Position numbers and translations under genes: made by a program. A stretch of DNA of 64,000 nucleotides from Guillardia theta CCMP2712 (Eukaryota > Protista > Cryptophyta): positions 381,747 through 445,746 of the forward strand of contig NW_005434608.1 in NCBI RefSeq assembly GCF_000315625.1. The letters are read 5' to 3'. The notes beneath the pieces were generated by a model. It was not told the DNA's origin. It worked only from the letters and a program-made list of their open reading frames with translations, and did not search any database. Below, in pieces: positions 23,120 through 35,269 of the stretch; positions within the stretch are counted from its first letter, which is position 1, and each line of letters opens with the position of its first letter.

Positions 23120-24599
23120 GTTGCCTGCTTCAGAAATTTGGGAGGGAATGGTAACAAATCTGTGAGGGGGGGAGCTAACTAATCGTTCTTATTGCAAGAG
23201 ACTCCAATGATCTCGAGCTTTCACCCCGGCTGTCCTCTCAGACGGCTCTTCTCAATACAGCTCCTCTCAAACTTAGAGCTCCTCTCAAGCTTGCTGGCTC
23301 TGTCCGCTCCTCACAAGGCGTCGCATCGCAGCAAGCATTGCCGGGTAGACAGTAAACTCAGGCTGTCTACCTACCCCAACCCGATGGACCCTCTACTGAC
23401 GTGTACTACCCCCTATTTCCTCTTCTTGGTTGCCTTCGAAAAAGAGTCAGGCATCCACCGGTGATACCCACTACCCCCTATTGTAAAACCCACCCTATCG
23501 AGTAAACTCGATGGCAAGTCCACAGCACCCCACCCCCTGAACTGCTTCAGATCACCCCTATGGAACGTAGAAGAGGGCTATAAATTCCAAACCTGTTATA
23601 AGTTTGGGGATAGAATATGAAATATTTCACTAAAACTTTGAAATATTCATAGTGACTTTGAGAATAGTAAAACCACATGGCCCATATGACTGAGATAACT
23701 CCACCTTAGATGTGCTGCAGTACCGGTGGATCTACCCACCTCACCCCCTTTTTATGCTGCGCGGATATAGGTTTACTACAGTGAAACCTCTTCCATGATC
23801 GGTCAATTCAAAATACATTTAAACATAAATTATTCTTTGGATTTGTAAATGTGTTCTATAAAGATAAAAAGAAAGGAAAGGGAGTCAGTTTAATGCGAAG
23901 GTGGCGTCCGTGATCATCAATGGTTGTCAGCTGCTTGCAGGTGGAAAGAATGAAAAGTATATTTTTGGTATCCTATCTTATAAGCCCCTGAGCCTCGTAT
24001 CTCTACCTGTCAAGAACCACCTTGACGCCAGTGGAAACAACCCCTGCCAAAGCCTTTTTATTTAAAAGTGATTATTCCTGGTACGTTACGATCTGGATAT
24101 ACAGGCAGATCCAGTACGAAAGCAGGAAGAAAACATTTTAGGAATAAATTCCACAACATATTTTAAAAACAAGTTTGTTGGCCTTTTAGAGGCCTTCTGG
24201 TGTTAACATCAGATCAGTGCTGCCGCCATCTCTCAATTATATTGATACTTGGGGCGGGCCCGATAAAGAACATAGCGGCCGGGCATTCGACAATTATGGA
24301 ACCCGGCGAGCTTCCGGCGCTTCCGATGATGCTCAGTAACTCACTGAGCCGCGACAAGACGAGTCTCGAGGCTCGGAGTCCGAGTCAGGCGGCTCGCGGG
24401 GCCCTGAGTCACGTGGCACTTGTTCGGCGGCGAGTGAGGGCAAGCTTACTCCGTCACGCTGTCGCGGACGGCCCAAGCGAGTCAGGTTGTCAACTTTACG
24501 TCGAGTCGCGGCGGCATACTAGACGGTACTCTGACTGCGGCCAGCCTGCGGAACTTCGGAAGCCATCCAAGTCTCCAGTTCAGGTTTAAGTTCAATCAC

Positions 24600-27500
24600 G
24601 CGCATATAAACTTGATACTGGCGACTGAGACATTCCAAGTTCCGCCGAGCCTCGTGGTCAATCCTCGATGATGTTGAGGTCCGACCAACAGCTGCCACAG
24701 CAAGTCAGCAGCGCCGGGGGCCGGGCTCCGACCGGGCCGCCCGGTGCAACTGAGGAAGAAGCAGACTTGAGGGAATACCTGGGACATCCGGCCCCGACGT
24801 GAAGGAAGAAGATATGCCAGGGCTGAAAGCATCGCAATCTACGTGGAGTCGGACAGAAAGTTCAGCAGCAGAAGCGGAGGGACAGAACTGAAGTAAGATA
24901 GAGGAAGGGGAAGAAACCTCTCCTGGCAGAAGCACGCCCCCAGCGACAGGATCGCCCATCCGAGGAGAGTGAGGAGAGGCCACAGGCATGTGACGCACAC
25001 AAGCCAGATCCATGCTGGGACCTGGAGGATCGTCTCAGCCATGGCTTGTCAAGGTAGCAGGTGAGCAAGAGACCTCGTACATGCGCCGGATCTTGTCGGC
25101 AGCGTTCTTGGTCCAAACCAGCGCAACCGGAGAGACAACCTAGAGCAGGGAGGAGAGTAAGGAACACGAGGCGCGCTCGTACGCCGCGTGGGTGGCGCGA
25201 GGGGGGATTTGGTGGGGGGAGAGGGGACGTTGGAGAGGACCTCTGTGCCACCGGAGACTGTAGCGATGGTGCTGTAGATGCTGCGACAGAGTGAGAGGAG
25301 CAAGACGTTGAGTCCTCCTCGCCTCTCCTCAGTGATGCCGTAATCGCTCCGCACCCAGACAGTGCTGGGCCGACCTGTTGCCACAAGAGGGGAGAAGAGT
25401 GTAGCGCCGATGTTGAGGAGGGGAGGAGCAGAGTAAGAGGATGAATCAGCGAGGAGAAAGAGGAGGAAGAACGGAAGGGAAGTTGAGACGGAAGGAAAGT
25501 GAAGGGGGAGGGAAAGGGGAAAGGGCGGGGGAAAGGGAAAGTAAGAACAAGAGAAGGGAAGAGAAGGAGTCCCACCTTGTAGATACCAGTTCACTCCCTG
25601 TTCCCACTTCTCCTTCCAGCCCGCGCACGTGATTATCCCGGGCGAGCAGCAGTCTGACGCAACCGCCCAGTAGGCAACCTGGACGCCGCTGTAAGGAGCA
25701 GCTGACAAAGGAGCAGGAGAGTTCGCGTGCCTGCTTGAGCGAGTAGGATGTGCCCACTGCGGTCTCCGGGACGATGGGTGCTGCGCACACTTGCTGACCG
25801 TCCTGGATTGGAGTGAGGAGAGGGAGAAAGACAACAGGGTGAGAGGGGGATACTCGATCTGCTGAGACGGTGTTGGAGTGATCGACGATGGTACCTGAGA
25901 ACGCAATTGAGGAGAACAGCAAGGAAGGAAGCGGCTGAGGTTGGCTGAGGCGAGCCTCGGAGGAGCAGTGAGCATGAAGAATGGCGGTTAAAAAAGGGTA
26001 GTGAAGGGGCGAGGAAAAGACCGTCAAGAAATCCATAGATTCCAAGGTGAGCCTTTGGAAGACGAGAGGGAGCAGGGTCGATGAGCAGTTCTGTGTGCTT
26101 GAGGTAGAAAGAAGATTGAACGAAGAGATCGGCTGGAAAGAAAGATCCCAGGATAGAGAAAAACGCGACCTGAAGGATGAGTTTAAGAAGACAATGAATG
26201 AGGGGAGGATAAGAGAGAGGGAGAAGCAAAGACATGCGAATATCAGAAGCTGGGAGAACATAGAGGAGATATGAAGGAGTGGGGAGAGGAAACTCCTTGC
26301 AAATAACGACACTTGCCGTTATTATTAATGTCCCAGCAGGAAACTCCCACTCATCCGTTTTGATTGAAATGACAATTCCTGTCAAACAACACCAGTGAGG
26401 TGAAGAAGGAGAATAACAATGACTAAGAGTGAGAGTGAAGGAGAGGGTGATAAAGAGGGAGAGGGAGAGGGAGAGGGAGGGAGAGAAAGGGAGAGGGAGG
26501 GAGAGAAAGGGAGAGGGAGGGAGAGAAAGGGAGAGGGAGGGAGCAAGGCCGCAAGTGAGAATCAACCGATTAGAAATAGTCCTCCTAGAACAGACCCCCA
26601 GATTATACACATTTTCGGCATCCCATGATTCAAAGCTGCGCAGCATGGAAGGCAAGATTCAGTAGTTGAGGTCCACTTAGGAGAAGGCAGGAGGACGAGC
26701 AAGGAAGCAATAAGAGCAAAGCGAGGAGGTAGAGAAAGAGGAGGAGGAAAGGGGAGGAGGTGAAAGCTGAGACGGCTCACCCGTTAACACTATCATCCCC
26801 TCGAGGAACGACATGAGTACTAACGCCGACCCCCAAAACTCTGCAGAGAGCAAGGAAGGAAAGGACAAGCAAAACACGAGTAATCAGTACGAAAGAGTAT
26901 CCGCTCAATCACAAAGTAGAATGCAAATGACGAAACAGAGGAAGGAGGAGATCAGATGAGATTACTTAGAAAATCTCTTGACTTGTTCACAAGTTGTCTC
27001 CGAGCTGGAGAATGAAGTCAGGTCCCTCTCACTCACAATGCGCAAAGCAATTCATCTCATCGCACATGCTTCACGTTGCATCTGTCTCGCCTGATTCAGC
27101 TGCTCTCCTGCATTTCGATCTTGAGAAACTCGACGTGGAGATCTCCCCTGCTCTGCTCCCTCCCTCACCAACGTTGAAGAACAAGTTTCCTCCATCCCAT
27201 TTGTAGTTTCTTGCCCGCTATACATCTCAGTCAGTGGGCATCGTGACCACGAACAGGCTCTGCCTCTTTCGCAGCTTCTTTGTTCCATCCCCAGCTATCA
27301 TGTCGGCATCAGATACAGCCTCAGCCCATCCAGTGTGCCAACTCACCCCACGTCCTGCTCTGCTATCCCCTCGTCGTACTCTTTCCGCTTCTCAGGATCA
27401 CTAAGCACCTGTCGACCGTCGTCATCCTCCTGCATCTGCGCAGCCTGCAGGCCAGGCGAATGATCCTTACCGTGTATGCCTCGTTGAGCAGGGCGAACTT

Positions 27501-27790
27501 CTGCTGAGCCTGAGGGTCATGAATGTTCTTGTCGGGGTGAAGCTTGATCGCCAGCTTCTTGTATGCCTTCTTGATCTGGGCATCTGCACCCCCGGTCAAC
27601 TCTGTGCAGGCTGGAAGACCTCCCTTCGACCCACCAGAAACATCCTTGTCCACTCCGAGGATCTCATAGTAGTTCTTCTTTGTGGCCTCCCCTCCGTTCT
27701 CGTCCTGGTTGATATCAGGGGGGCGAGTAGTGCTCGCCATGAGAGGAGGCGGTGTCTTCACAGGGCTGGACTTGTTGACATCATCCTGTC
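24600..27790 (-). CDS. DnaJ-domain protein, probably continuous with a downstream membrane protein carrying CAAPI...YWAVASDCC
   Basis: J-domain [25 protein letters not shown]...[20 protein letters not shown]. Following exons can be spliced in frame (QDVG/GQETTNG...). Hydrophobic exons lie near 26800 and 24930-25040. Both ends are approximate and it could be two genes. Confidence 0.65.
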
Positions 27791-28577
27791 CATCTCACTT
27801 TCATCATGCCTGCCAAGAGATTGGTAGTTAGCACATCCGTCTCCCAACTCCGGTCCTTGGCCTGGGGAATTCTTTCCTCTCTGACTCTACTCCTCATTCG
27901 TTCTAGTACTGCATGACCCCCTTCTAAGTTCCCGTTCTCTCATCAGATGATTCCTGTATCCCCAAACTTTCCCCTGTTACCCTCTGCCCACCTTGTCCTT
28001 CCCTGTCCCAGTCGTTCTCACACCATTGGCGCCCATCCACCTGCTTTGTCTTGCCGCCTCCTTTGCCCTCTCCCTGATCAAAAATGGCCTTCGTTGCGAA
28101 TCCGTGATGTCCCCGATTTTTCAAATATTTTGAAAGTAGTCATCATTATTTGAAACTAAGAAGTAGATAATTTTCAAAATGATTCTGAGATTTCTGATGG
28201 CCGTGCTCTCAGTTTAGACGGGACCCCGGCCGTGGCCCTCGGCGGGCCGGGTAGGGCTTGAGTGGGGATGTGGGGTCAGATACATCTAAAGGGGGTTGCA
28301 AAATGCTGACAGAGGGAAACGAGAGCGAAGGAGAGGGAGGGAGCGATAAGGGATGGATATAGGAGCGAGCTATGGCTGAAGTCATGTTTCATGAGAAGGA
28401 AGATGGTAGGTGGGTAAGGTGGAAGCTGCATAAATTCGATGTTGAAGAGGAACGAACATGGTTGTATATTTGGGGGTGCAGAAAGAATCGAAGAATTGCA
28501 GTGTTGTGCGACGTGGGAACTCTCATTTATGCAGTGCCTCCGTTGCAGGTTTTCTTATCTCGCCCACTGGTATCAAA

Positions 28578-29594
28578 ATGCGCTCCTGGATTGCTCCCCT
28601 CTCCGTCGTCCTCGCTACGATGACCGAATTCTCCAACGCCTTCACCCCCACCGCTGTTCCGGCTAACGTGAGGCCCTCGCCTCCTCCTCTTGTTGTACTG
28701 ACGGGCTGCAAGCTCCGTCCATCTCGCACCGCCAGCTGCGCTCTTCGCATGGGCCTCGACCAAGAGCTCTCGCGCAGGAGCCTCATCCAGGGTCAGTGCC
28801 ATGGGGGGGGTTCGAGTTGGTTGACAGCTAGCAGGCTTGTCTGTGGCTGCTGCTGGTGCTGCTCTTCCTGTATTTGCAGCAGAGAAGACGAGCAAGAAAG
28901 GTATACAGAGGATGGGCAGCGCTACCTGCTGGTGCCTGACAGGATGCGGCCAGGGAGTGAGGCTGTGATCGTGAAGCCTGGCCTGTCCTACGTCGACAAG
29001 AAGAAGAACGATGGGATCCTGAGCGGGCTGACCGCTGGCGTGAACGAGGGAGGTGAGAGGAGTCGCCGCTGCTTGTTGGAATGTGAAGGGGTTGACCTGC
29101 AGACTTTGTTGTCATCGACTACATCGCGTACCTTAGAGACGGTGAAAAGTTTCTCCCGTTGCTCAGTCACTGAACCATGCTGTGGCTGCAGGCACCATCT
29201 TCGACAACACGCGCAAGAGAGGCAAGCCTGTCGCCTTCCAGGTGCAGCGAGTAGGTGCGAGTGCGTGTTTGTTGAACGGTGAGGTGGGCAGGTCGGGAAG
29301 AAGCAGGTGGTCCCAGGCCTCGACCAGGGGATCATTGGGATGAAGGCAGGAGAGGCAAGGCAGATCTTTATGAAATCTGAGTTTGGTTATGGAGCACGAG
29401 GAGTTTGTCTCGAGGATAAGGGTTGCTTGGTAAGCTTGCTGCTCGCTACTTCTCTCCCCCCCCCCCCTTCCGATGCCCTCCCCAGCCCCCCTGTCCTCCT
29501 TCTCCTCTTCCCCTAACGATCTTCACAGGTTCCTCCTAACACTGATCTCGTCTACGACGTTACGCTCATCAGTGTTGGACCTTCGCCAATCTAA
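28578..29594 (+). CDS. FKBP-type peptidyl-prolyl isomerase, thylakoid lumen targeted
   Basis: Signal peptide ending SNA-F, transit region, twin-arginine SRRSLI plus hydrophobic AAAGAALPVFA. FKBP motifs VVPGLDQGIIGMKAGEAR, FGYGARG, VPPNTDLVYDVTL. Confidence 0.88.
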
Positions 29595-29667
29595 GAGACT
29601 GGTGTGTTGTGGAGGAGATGCGAGGGGTTCGAGTAGCAGGATACAGCAAGTCTCCCTCACGTGCCCT

Positions 29668-32397
29668 TCACTTGTCATCCCCCGAGGCTTTGATCTCCTC
29701 CATAACTGTTGCCGCCTCCTCCTTGAGCGCCGCTAGCTTCTCTTCATCCCCTGGCTTGAAGAGCCACTCCTCGAAGATGGTGTTGCCCTGCCTCAACGTG
29801 CCCAGCAGCCTCCCGTCGAGCGACCAAACGCGGACCAGATGGTCGAACCCTATCGAGATGATCTCCCGCTTCCCCTGCAGCGCTGAGATCGACCGAACGC
29901 AGTCGTGTGCATGCCATTGCTGTAGCACGGGGAATACTTTGTCGCCGTCCGCAAGTTTCGCCCCCGTTCCTCGTTGCGAGTCATTGAAGCTCTCCCTCGG
30001 ATTAGGGGGAGGAGGAATCGGAATCGAAGTCGTTCCCCTCCTCCTGAGCCGCAGCTCCAGGATGTCCGTTGCCTGGGGCTCAGGAACCGGTTGAAGCTCC
30101 ATACTTTCATCCGGTCTAGAGAAGTTCTTGAGGTTCTGGAGGAAGACGTCGAGGGACCTGACCTTGATCTCTCCCCCCTCGTCTCCTGTCACGACGCACT
30201 TCTCCTCGGGGAAGAAGGCGGCGCACAGGACGACGCTGTAGACACTCTGGAGGAGGATGTTCTTAATCCTGCTGATGCACTTGAAGCGGAGCGAGACGTG
30301 AGCTGGGGGCATCCCCCACAGGCAGACGTTGCCCAGGATGTCAGCGGAGAGGAGGAGAGGGAAAGGCTCGAGGAACGTGAGGACTGTAACATCCTGCGAG
30401 TGGCCCTTGCAAATCCCCTCCAGCACACCCAGCCCGTAATGCCAAACTAGGATGTGGCCGTCGGCTCCTGACGTGGCCACCAGCTTGAGGGAGAAGGAGT
30501 TGGCCAGGCACGTGATGTCCTTGGAGTGACCCTTCATCGTCCTCAGCAGCACTCCCTCGTCGTTGTCCATGTCGTCGTGGATGCAGACATGCCGATCCCA
30601 GGAGGAGGACAGCAGGCACTTGTCGAGATTGCAGTAGACGAGCTGGGAAACTTCGTCCCCGTGGGCCTCGAAGGACTTCATGAGAACCCCGTTGATGTAG
30701 TTGTGGCAGGTGATGTTCCCTTGGGCGTCCCCGATGAAGAATTTCCTTTGACGGTCGTCCAGGCACATTGAGATGATCGGGTAAGGCGAGATGTCTGGGA
30801 AACTTTTGAGGAGCTGCCCGGTCGACGAGTCCCAGATGCGGACGGAGCAGCCGGCAGCGGTGATGAAGGAGTCGATCACCTCGTTGTAGAGGGCGCAAAC
30901 TATCTCCTCGTCGTCAGTCAGCTCGGGGGTGTGAGAGAAGCAGAACTCGAACTCCTGGAACTTCCTCGCCCCAGCGGCGATGATCAAGTTCTTGCTGGGC
31001 AGGTTGATGTACTGCTTCACATCCTGCAGCCCGGCATCGCAAGAGAAGCTCTGCAAGCACTCAAGAGTCCGCAGGTCCCACACCTTGAAAGTCCCCGACT
31101 TGTCTGCAGAGAGCAGCTGGTATGCCCCCGTGCGCAAGGCCACGATGTGGAGGCCGAGCATCGGGGCTCTATGCCCGTGCAGCTCCGTCAGCTTCCTCTC
31201 AACGAAGGGGTTCCAGATGAGAATTTCGTCTGACACGCCGGCACTCACGATCATCTTCAGCTCGTGCGTGTAGGCGATGGCGATGATGCCGTTCCTGTGC
31301 CCTCTGTACACCTTCTTGGGCTTCTTGCCCCCTCCTTTCTCCCACAGGATCATCGTCCCATCCAGGTATCCCGTCAGAATCCCATCCAGCGAAGGAACGT
31401 CCACAATCACTTTGATCGCACTCTTCTGAGCTTGCATCTTGACGCTCTTCTGCTCCATCGCGGTGATGTCCCATGTGAGAATATGCCCGTTCACACTCCC
31501 GGTGAAAAGAGTAGCGCTCTCTGCATCCCAGAACAGAGTGTTCTGGTTGTCAGGAGCAACCATCATCGGGCTTCCATCGGGCTTGTTACTGATCACCGCG
31601 AACCCGGAAGCCTCCCATACTGACTGCGTGTCCCAGATCGTGATGGAGGCGTCGCAAGTGACGGCAACGATCAACTTCTTTACCCGGTTGTCGATGTAGG
31701 TTGACGCAAGGACTGCCGCCTTATGAGCAAGGGAGTGGACGTGTCTCTTTCCGAACAGATCGTAGATCAACAAGTCAAGACTGTTGTTGATGGTAATCCC
31801 GATCCAATCTGTCGATTCGTAGTACGATATGCTCTCTACTTTCTTGGGCAAACTTCTGTCTTCCCAGACCTTCTTTGGGTTGTATCGCATCACCGAACTC
31901 GCCTCTAATGCGCCCTCCGCCATCCCTTGCTCATGGATGTACTCGTAGAACTCATCCCACTCCATCGTCGCATCCCCATTCACGTCCACCTGAGCAAAAA
32001 GCTCGCACAGGGCAGCGACGAGCTGCTCCTCCCGCACACTGTTCTTGGTGAGGTACTTGAGCATCACCTTGACAAAGGCCGTCAGCGTCAGGCCATCTTC
32101 TTCGTCCATGAACTCTTGACGAATGTCTGATAGATGACTCGTGTCAAGGATCATCATGATATCGACCATTGTCTGCGTTTTCCTCTCCTTCATCATCTCC
32201 CTGCGTTGAATTACCGTATTGCGCTCTCTGGATCTCTCCTGGACTTGCATCCTGTTGTTGCTCATGTTGGTGGATTCTCCCTTCACAACAAGCTTCCGAT
32301 GACCTCCACACTGCGCTAACCCTGATAGGTAGCTTCGGATGGTCGCCAGATTGTTTTCGGTTTGTTTTGCGAATTTCACCTCCTCCATGGTGGCCAT
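29668..32397 (-). CDS. EF-hand + WD40 repeat protein (WDR49/WDR64-like, probably ciliary), intronless ORF
   Basis: EF-hand LFAQVDVNGDATMEWDEF, then many GH...WD repeats (GHRNGI, GHRAPM..KVWDLR, AHGDEV, GHSKDI, GHSQDV). Confidence 0.85.
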   Translation of the reverse strand: MATMEEVKFAKQTENNLATIRSYLSGLAQCGGHRKLVVKGESTNMSNNRMQVQERSRERNTVIQRREMMKERKTQTMVDIMMILDTSHLSDIRQEFMDEEDGLTLTAFVKVMLKYLTKNSVREEQLVAALCELFAQVDVNGDATMEWDEFYEYIHEQGMAEGALEASSVMRYNPKKVWEDRSLPKKVESISYYESTDWIGITINNSLDLLIYDLFGKRHVHSLAHKAAVLASTYIDNRVKKLIVAVTCDASITIWDTQSVWEASGFAVISNKPDGSPMMVAPDNQNTLFWDAESATLFTGSVNGHILTWDITAMEQKSVKMQAQKSAIKVIVDVPSLDGILTGYLDGTMILWEKGGGKKPKKVYRGHRNGIIAIAYTHELKMIVSAGVSDEILIWNPFVERKLTELHGHRAPMLGLHIVALRTGAYQLLSADKSGTFKVWDLRTLECLQSFSCDAGLQDVKQYINLPSKNLIIAAGARKFQEFEFCFSHTPELTDDEEIVCALYNEVIDSFITAAGCSVRIWDSSTGQLLKSFPDISPYPIISMCLDDRQRKFFIGDAQGNITCHNYINGVLMKSFEAHGDEVSQLVYCNLDKCLLSSSWDRHVCIHDDMDNDEGVLLRTMKGHSKDITCLANSFSLKLVATSGADGHILVWHYGLGVLEGICKGHSQDVTVLTFLEPFPLLLSADILGNVCLWGMPPAHVSLRFKCISRIKNILLQSVYSVVLCAAFFPEEKCVVTGDEGGEIKVRSLDVFLQNLKNFSRPDESMELQPVPEPQATDILELRLRRRGTTSIPIPPPPNPRESFNDSQRGTGAKLADGDKVFPVLQQWHAHDCVRSISALQGKREIISIGFDHLVRVWSLDGRLLGTLRQGNTIFEEWLFKPGDEEKLAALKEEAATVMEEIKASGDDK

Positions 32398-33049
32398 GGA
32401 CTCTGTTGATCCTTTTTAAGGAGAGGGATTCAAGTTCGTCAAGTGAGGATGAAGCATTCACCTGACAAGAGATTCAGTCAGGTTGAATTCAATGGCAGCA
32501 ACACAATGCCCTTGCATACAAGCCAGCATGTTGCAAACAGCCACGACAAGCAAGAAACGAAACCATCATTACCCCTTCTCTCTCAACTCCTCTCTGCCTG
32601 CTTGCCTGCCTCTTGGTCAGCCATCCTTCCCTTCCCTTCCCTTCCCTTTCATTGCCTCCCTCCCCTCCCCTCCCCTCCCTCCTCCTCCTACTCCTACTCC
32701 TTCCTGGCAAGATTTGCACATTGTTCTTCAACGGAAGCTGCCGTTTGAAACCGTTTTCTTTTACACATTCTCATTGATTTTTTTATTGGAAACATTGCAG
32801 TGGGATGGCGGTAGAGTAGGGGTCATCAAATTTATGGGGTGGTACTGTACTACCAAAAGGTGGGTAATACAGTGATAATACATAGGGTCCGAGATGAAAC
32901 TGAATATTTCCAGGGTAGGGTAGGGAGCATTTTGAAGGAAAAAGAAAGGTTGGGGCGGGGGTGGAACTCTGCCGAGGATTCATGCACGTGCGGCAGTGAA
33001 GGCGCGCGGCATGCGGAGGAGATGAGAAGCAGGTGAGTGAGCGAGTGAG

Positions 33050-33140
33050 GGGAGATGTTGTCTGTGATGTTATGAGAGAAGATGTCGTCTGTGATGTTAT
33101 GAGAGAAGATGTCATCTATGATGTTATGAGAGACGATATT
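33050..33140. repeat. 27-bp tandem repeat, about 3 copies (AGAGAAGATGTCGTCTGTGATGTTATG)
   Basis: Directly visible in intergenic DNA. Confidence 0.85.
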
Positions 33141-33529
33141 GCCTGTGATATTATGGTTGAATCATGATCTTTGCCTCTTGCAGCTTGCTGTATATTGTTT
33201 AATTTACTTTGAAGTGTGTATGCTCCGTCAATGGCTGTTGTATCTACGGTGCTGTTTTTCCCGTGGCATGCACCGTTTCAACAAGCAGCAACATGCGATG
33301 AATGCGGGTATCGGCGGACTGTTGTTGTCTAGATGAGCAATCTGCTTCACCCCAAGCTACATCTGACATGTTCCCTATGTCGATTTGTGTGTCGTTCACT
33401 CCTGAGAGTATTTTTGTGTATCCTTCATGTTGACATTGGATATGATTCCAGGTTCCTCAGGGATAAAAACCCTGTGACAATGCACTTCGCATGTACATTA
33501 TGTATCATAAGATATTTTTTCCAATGTAG

Positions 33530-34840
33530 AATGTGTTCTTGTACAGTCAAACCTGAGTAAAATGTCGATTCTATTCTGCACCTTGTCCAGCGCGTTCTGC
33601 AGCGAACGCCACCTCAACGTGTCCACCGCACACTCGTCGATCGACAGCCCCTTTACGATGTCCTGCTTAGCCTGTGATCATGCACTCATGCTGTAGCTTA
33701 TCTATCACGATCCAGGGCAACGTAAACCTGAGCGCCGAAGAGAACATCCCCGATTTCTATCACAGCCAGGAACGAGGGGAAATTGTGTTTCATTCACCCT
33801 TCATGTTCCAAGGTTCTTCTAGGTCCTTCTAGATCGCGGACAAGGTGGATACCATCGAACCACCTCATCAACTTGCGTCATCGATTCAACGGCGTCATCT
33901 CTCCCATGTATCGAAACCCGAACTTGGAGAAGCGATGACGAAACAAGCAGAGCAAGACAACTGCAGCTGCCATGGCGACAAAGGCGAGCTGTGCGTTGTC
34001 TGTACTGCTGCACCATACTCCAGGTCCCTCGCACCCACCTTGCGACCTCTGCATGGAGCTTGCACGAGCATCGAAGTCGCTAGCCGACATCCCCGCTCCT
34101 CGTTGTGTAGGAGGCTGCCGACACATGTTGAGATCCTCACCGTGCCATTGGCACAGGTACCGTCGAACTTCCATGAAACGGTCGCGCTTTCCTGACATCC
34201 TGCGATGCTAGGGATGGGGTTTTGTCGAGCAATGCAGGAAGAAGGTGGGGAGGATGAGAATAGAGCCAACAGAGAGCGTGAAAGCAGAGCGCGAAAGGAC
34301 AGCCCTCACCTTCACTTCAGTTCCCTTGCGGTGTAATCAGAAACAGCCAACGGCACGGCTCTCCTCCAGCAAGCAACGTAGAGCATCCCAGTAGTCGTTG
34401 TCGTCTTCATCATCGTCCTCTCTCTCCTGGAACTCCTCCTCGCTCTTCCTCGTATAGCTTACTGCCTCCCATGGCTCTTCCTTAGGTCAGAGGACCCCAC
34501 CCATCATCTTGAAGGTGGTTCACGGGGAAATAGACCCCTGTGACATCAAGCTGTACCCTCTTGCAACCTGCTTGCAACCAGGCTTAGCTTGCAACCATGT
34601 GGTTTGGAGGGGACGAGGGACAGGAGTGATCGAGGGACCAGCCAAGTCAACGATGTCGTACACCTGAGCATAGCAGACGATGGTGAATGAACTGAGGGGA
34701 CAGCTGCTCGGATGCTATCAGGATCAACCTACGGAGCTGGTCTCCCTATAGACTGAGACACGCAGGATCCTCGATCCGGTAGCATCGTTATGAAGGAGCG
34801 GCAGCGAGCCCTGTGTGATCTCCTCTTCCACTGCCATTCT
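33530..34840 (-). CDS. hypothetical multi-exon protein
   Basis: Minus-strand splice signals and coding-like exons (MAVEEEITQG..., EEEFQEREDDEDDNDYWDALRCLL, RDRFMEVRRYLCQWHG, KFGFRYMGE, DIVKGLSIDECAVDTLRWRSLQNAL). No family recognised. Confidence 0.45.
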
Positions 34841-35269
34841 AGAACTTTCCGTCTACTGTCTCGGCTGCAATGTAGCAACATGTCGGGGAAAGCATTGACG
34901 AGTTCGTAGTCAGGGGAGCGAGAGCAGATGGGGGAAGGAGAGGAGTCGATAAACATGCACTGACATGGTCAGTTTCTTTCACCGCTCAGATGGGATGGTG
35001 TCTCTGAGAGAACTCGCAGGTGACTGAAGCAAAGTTTGATCTTAAGACTGTACGTTAAAGTCGGCATGAAATGGACAGGCATCCAAGTTTCGATGTGTCA
35101 AAGTTGATTGAAGATGATTCAAGAGACCTCGCGTATCAAGTTCCTAGTCTTCAACCGACGACACTTGTTCTCTTTGACACTTCATCGATATTTCGTGGTA
35201 TGGTCCAAACAAGCAGGGTATATCACACAAACGTGTCTATTCGCAGGCAGGCCTTGTGTCTATTGCCGA

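Noticed and set aside
25049-26655. Long Ser/Leu/Pro-rich minus-strand ORFs
   Set aside because: Read-through of pyrimidine-rich introns; only short parts are exons.
33850-34130. GNAT acetyltransferase motif (KFGFRYMGE)
   Set aside because: No convincing acetyl-CoA binding motif A could be assembled.
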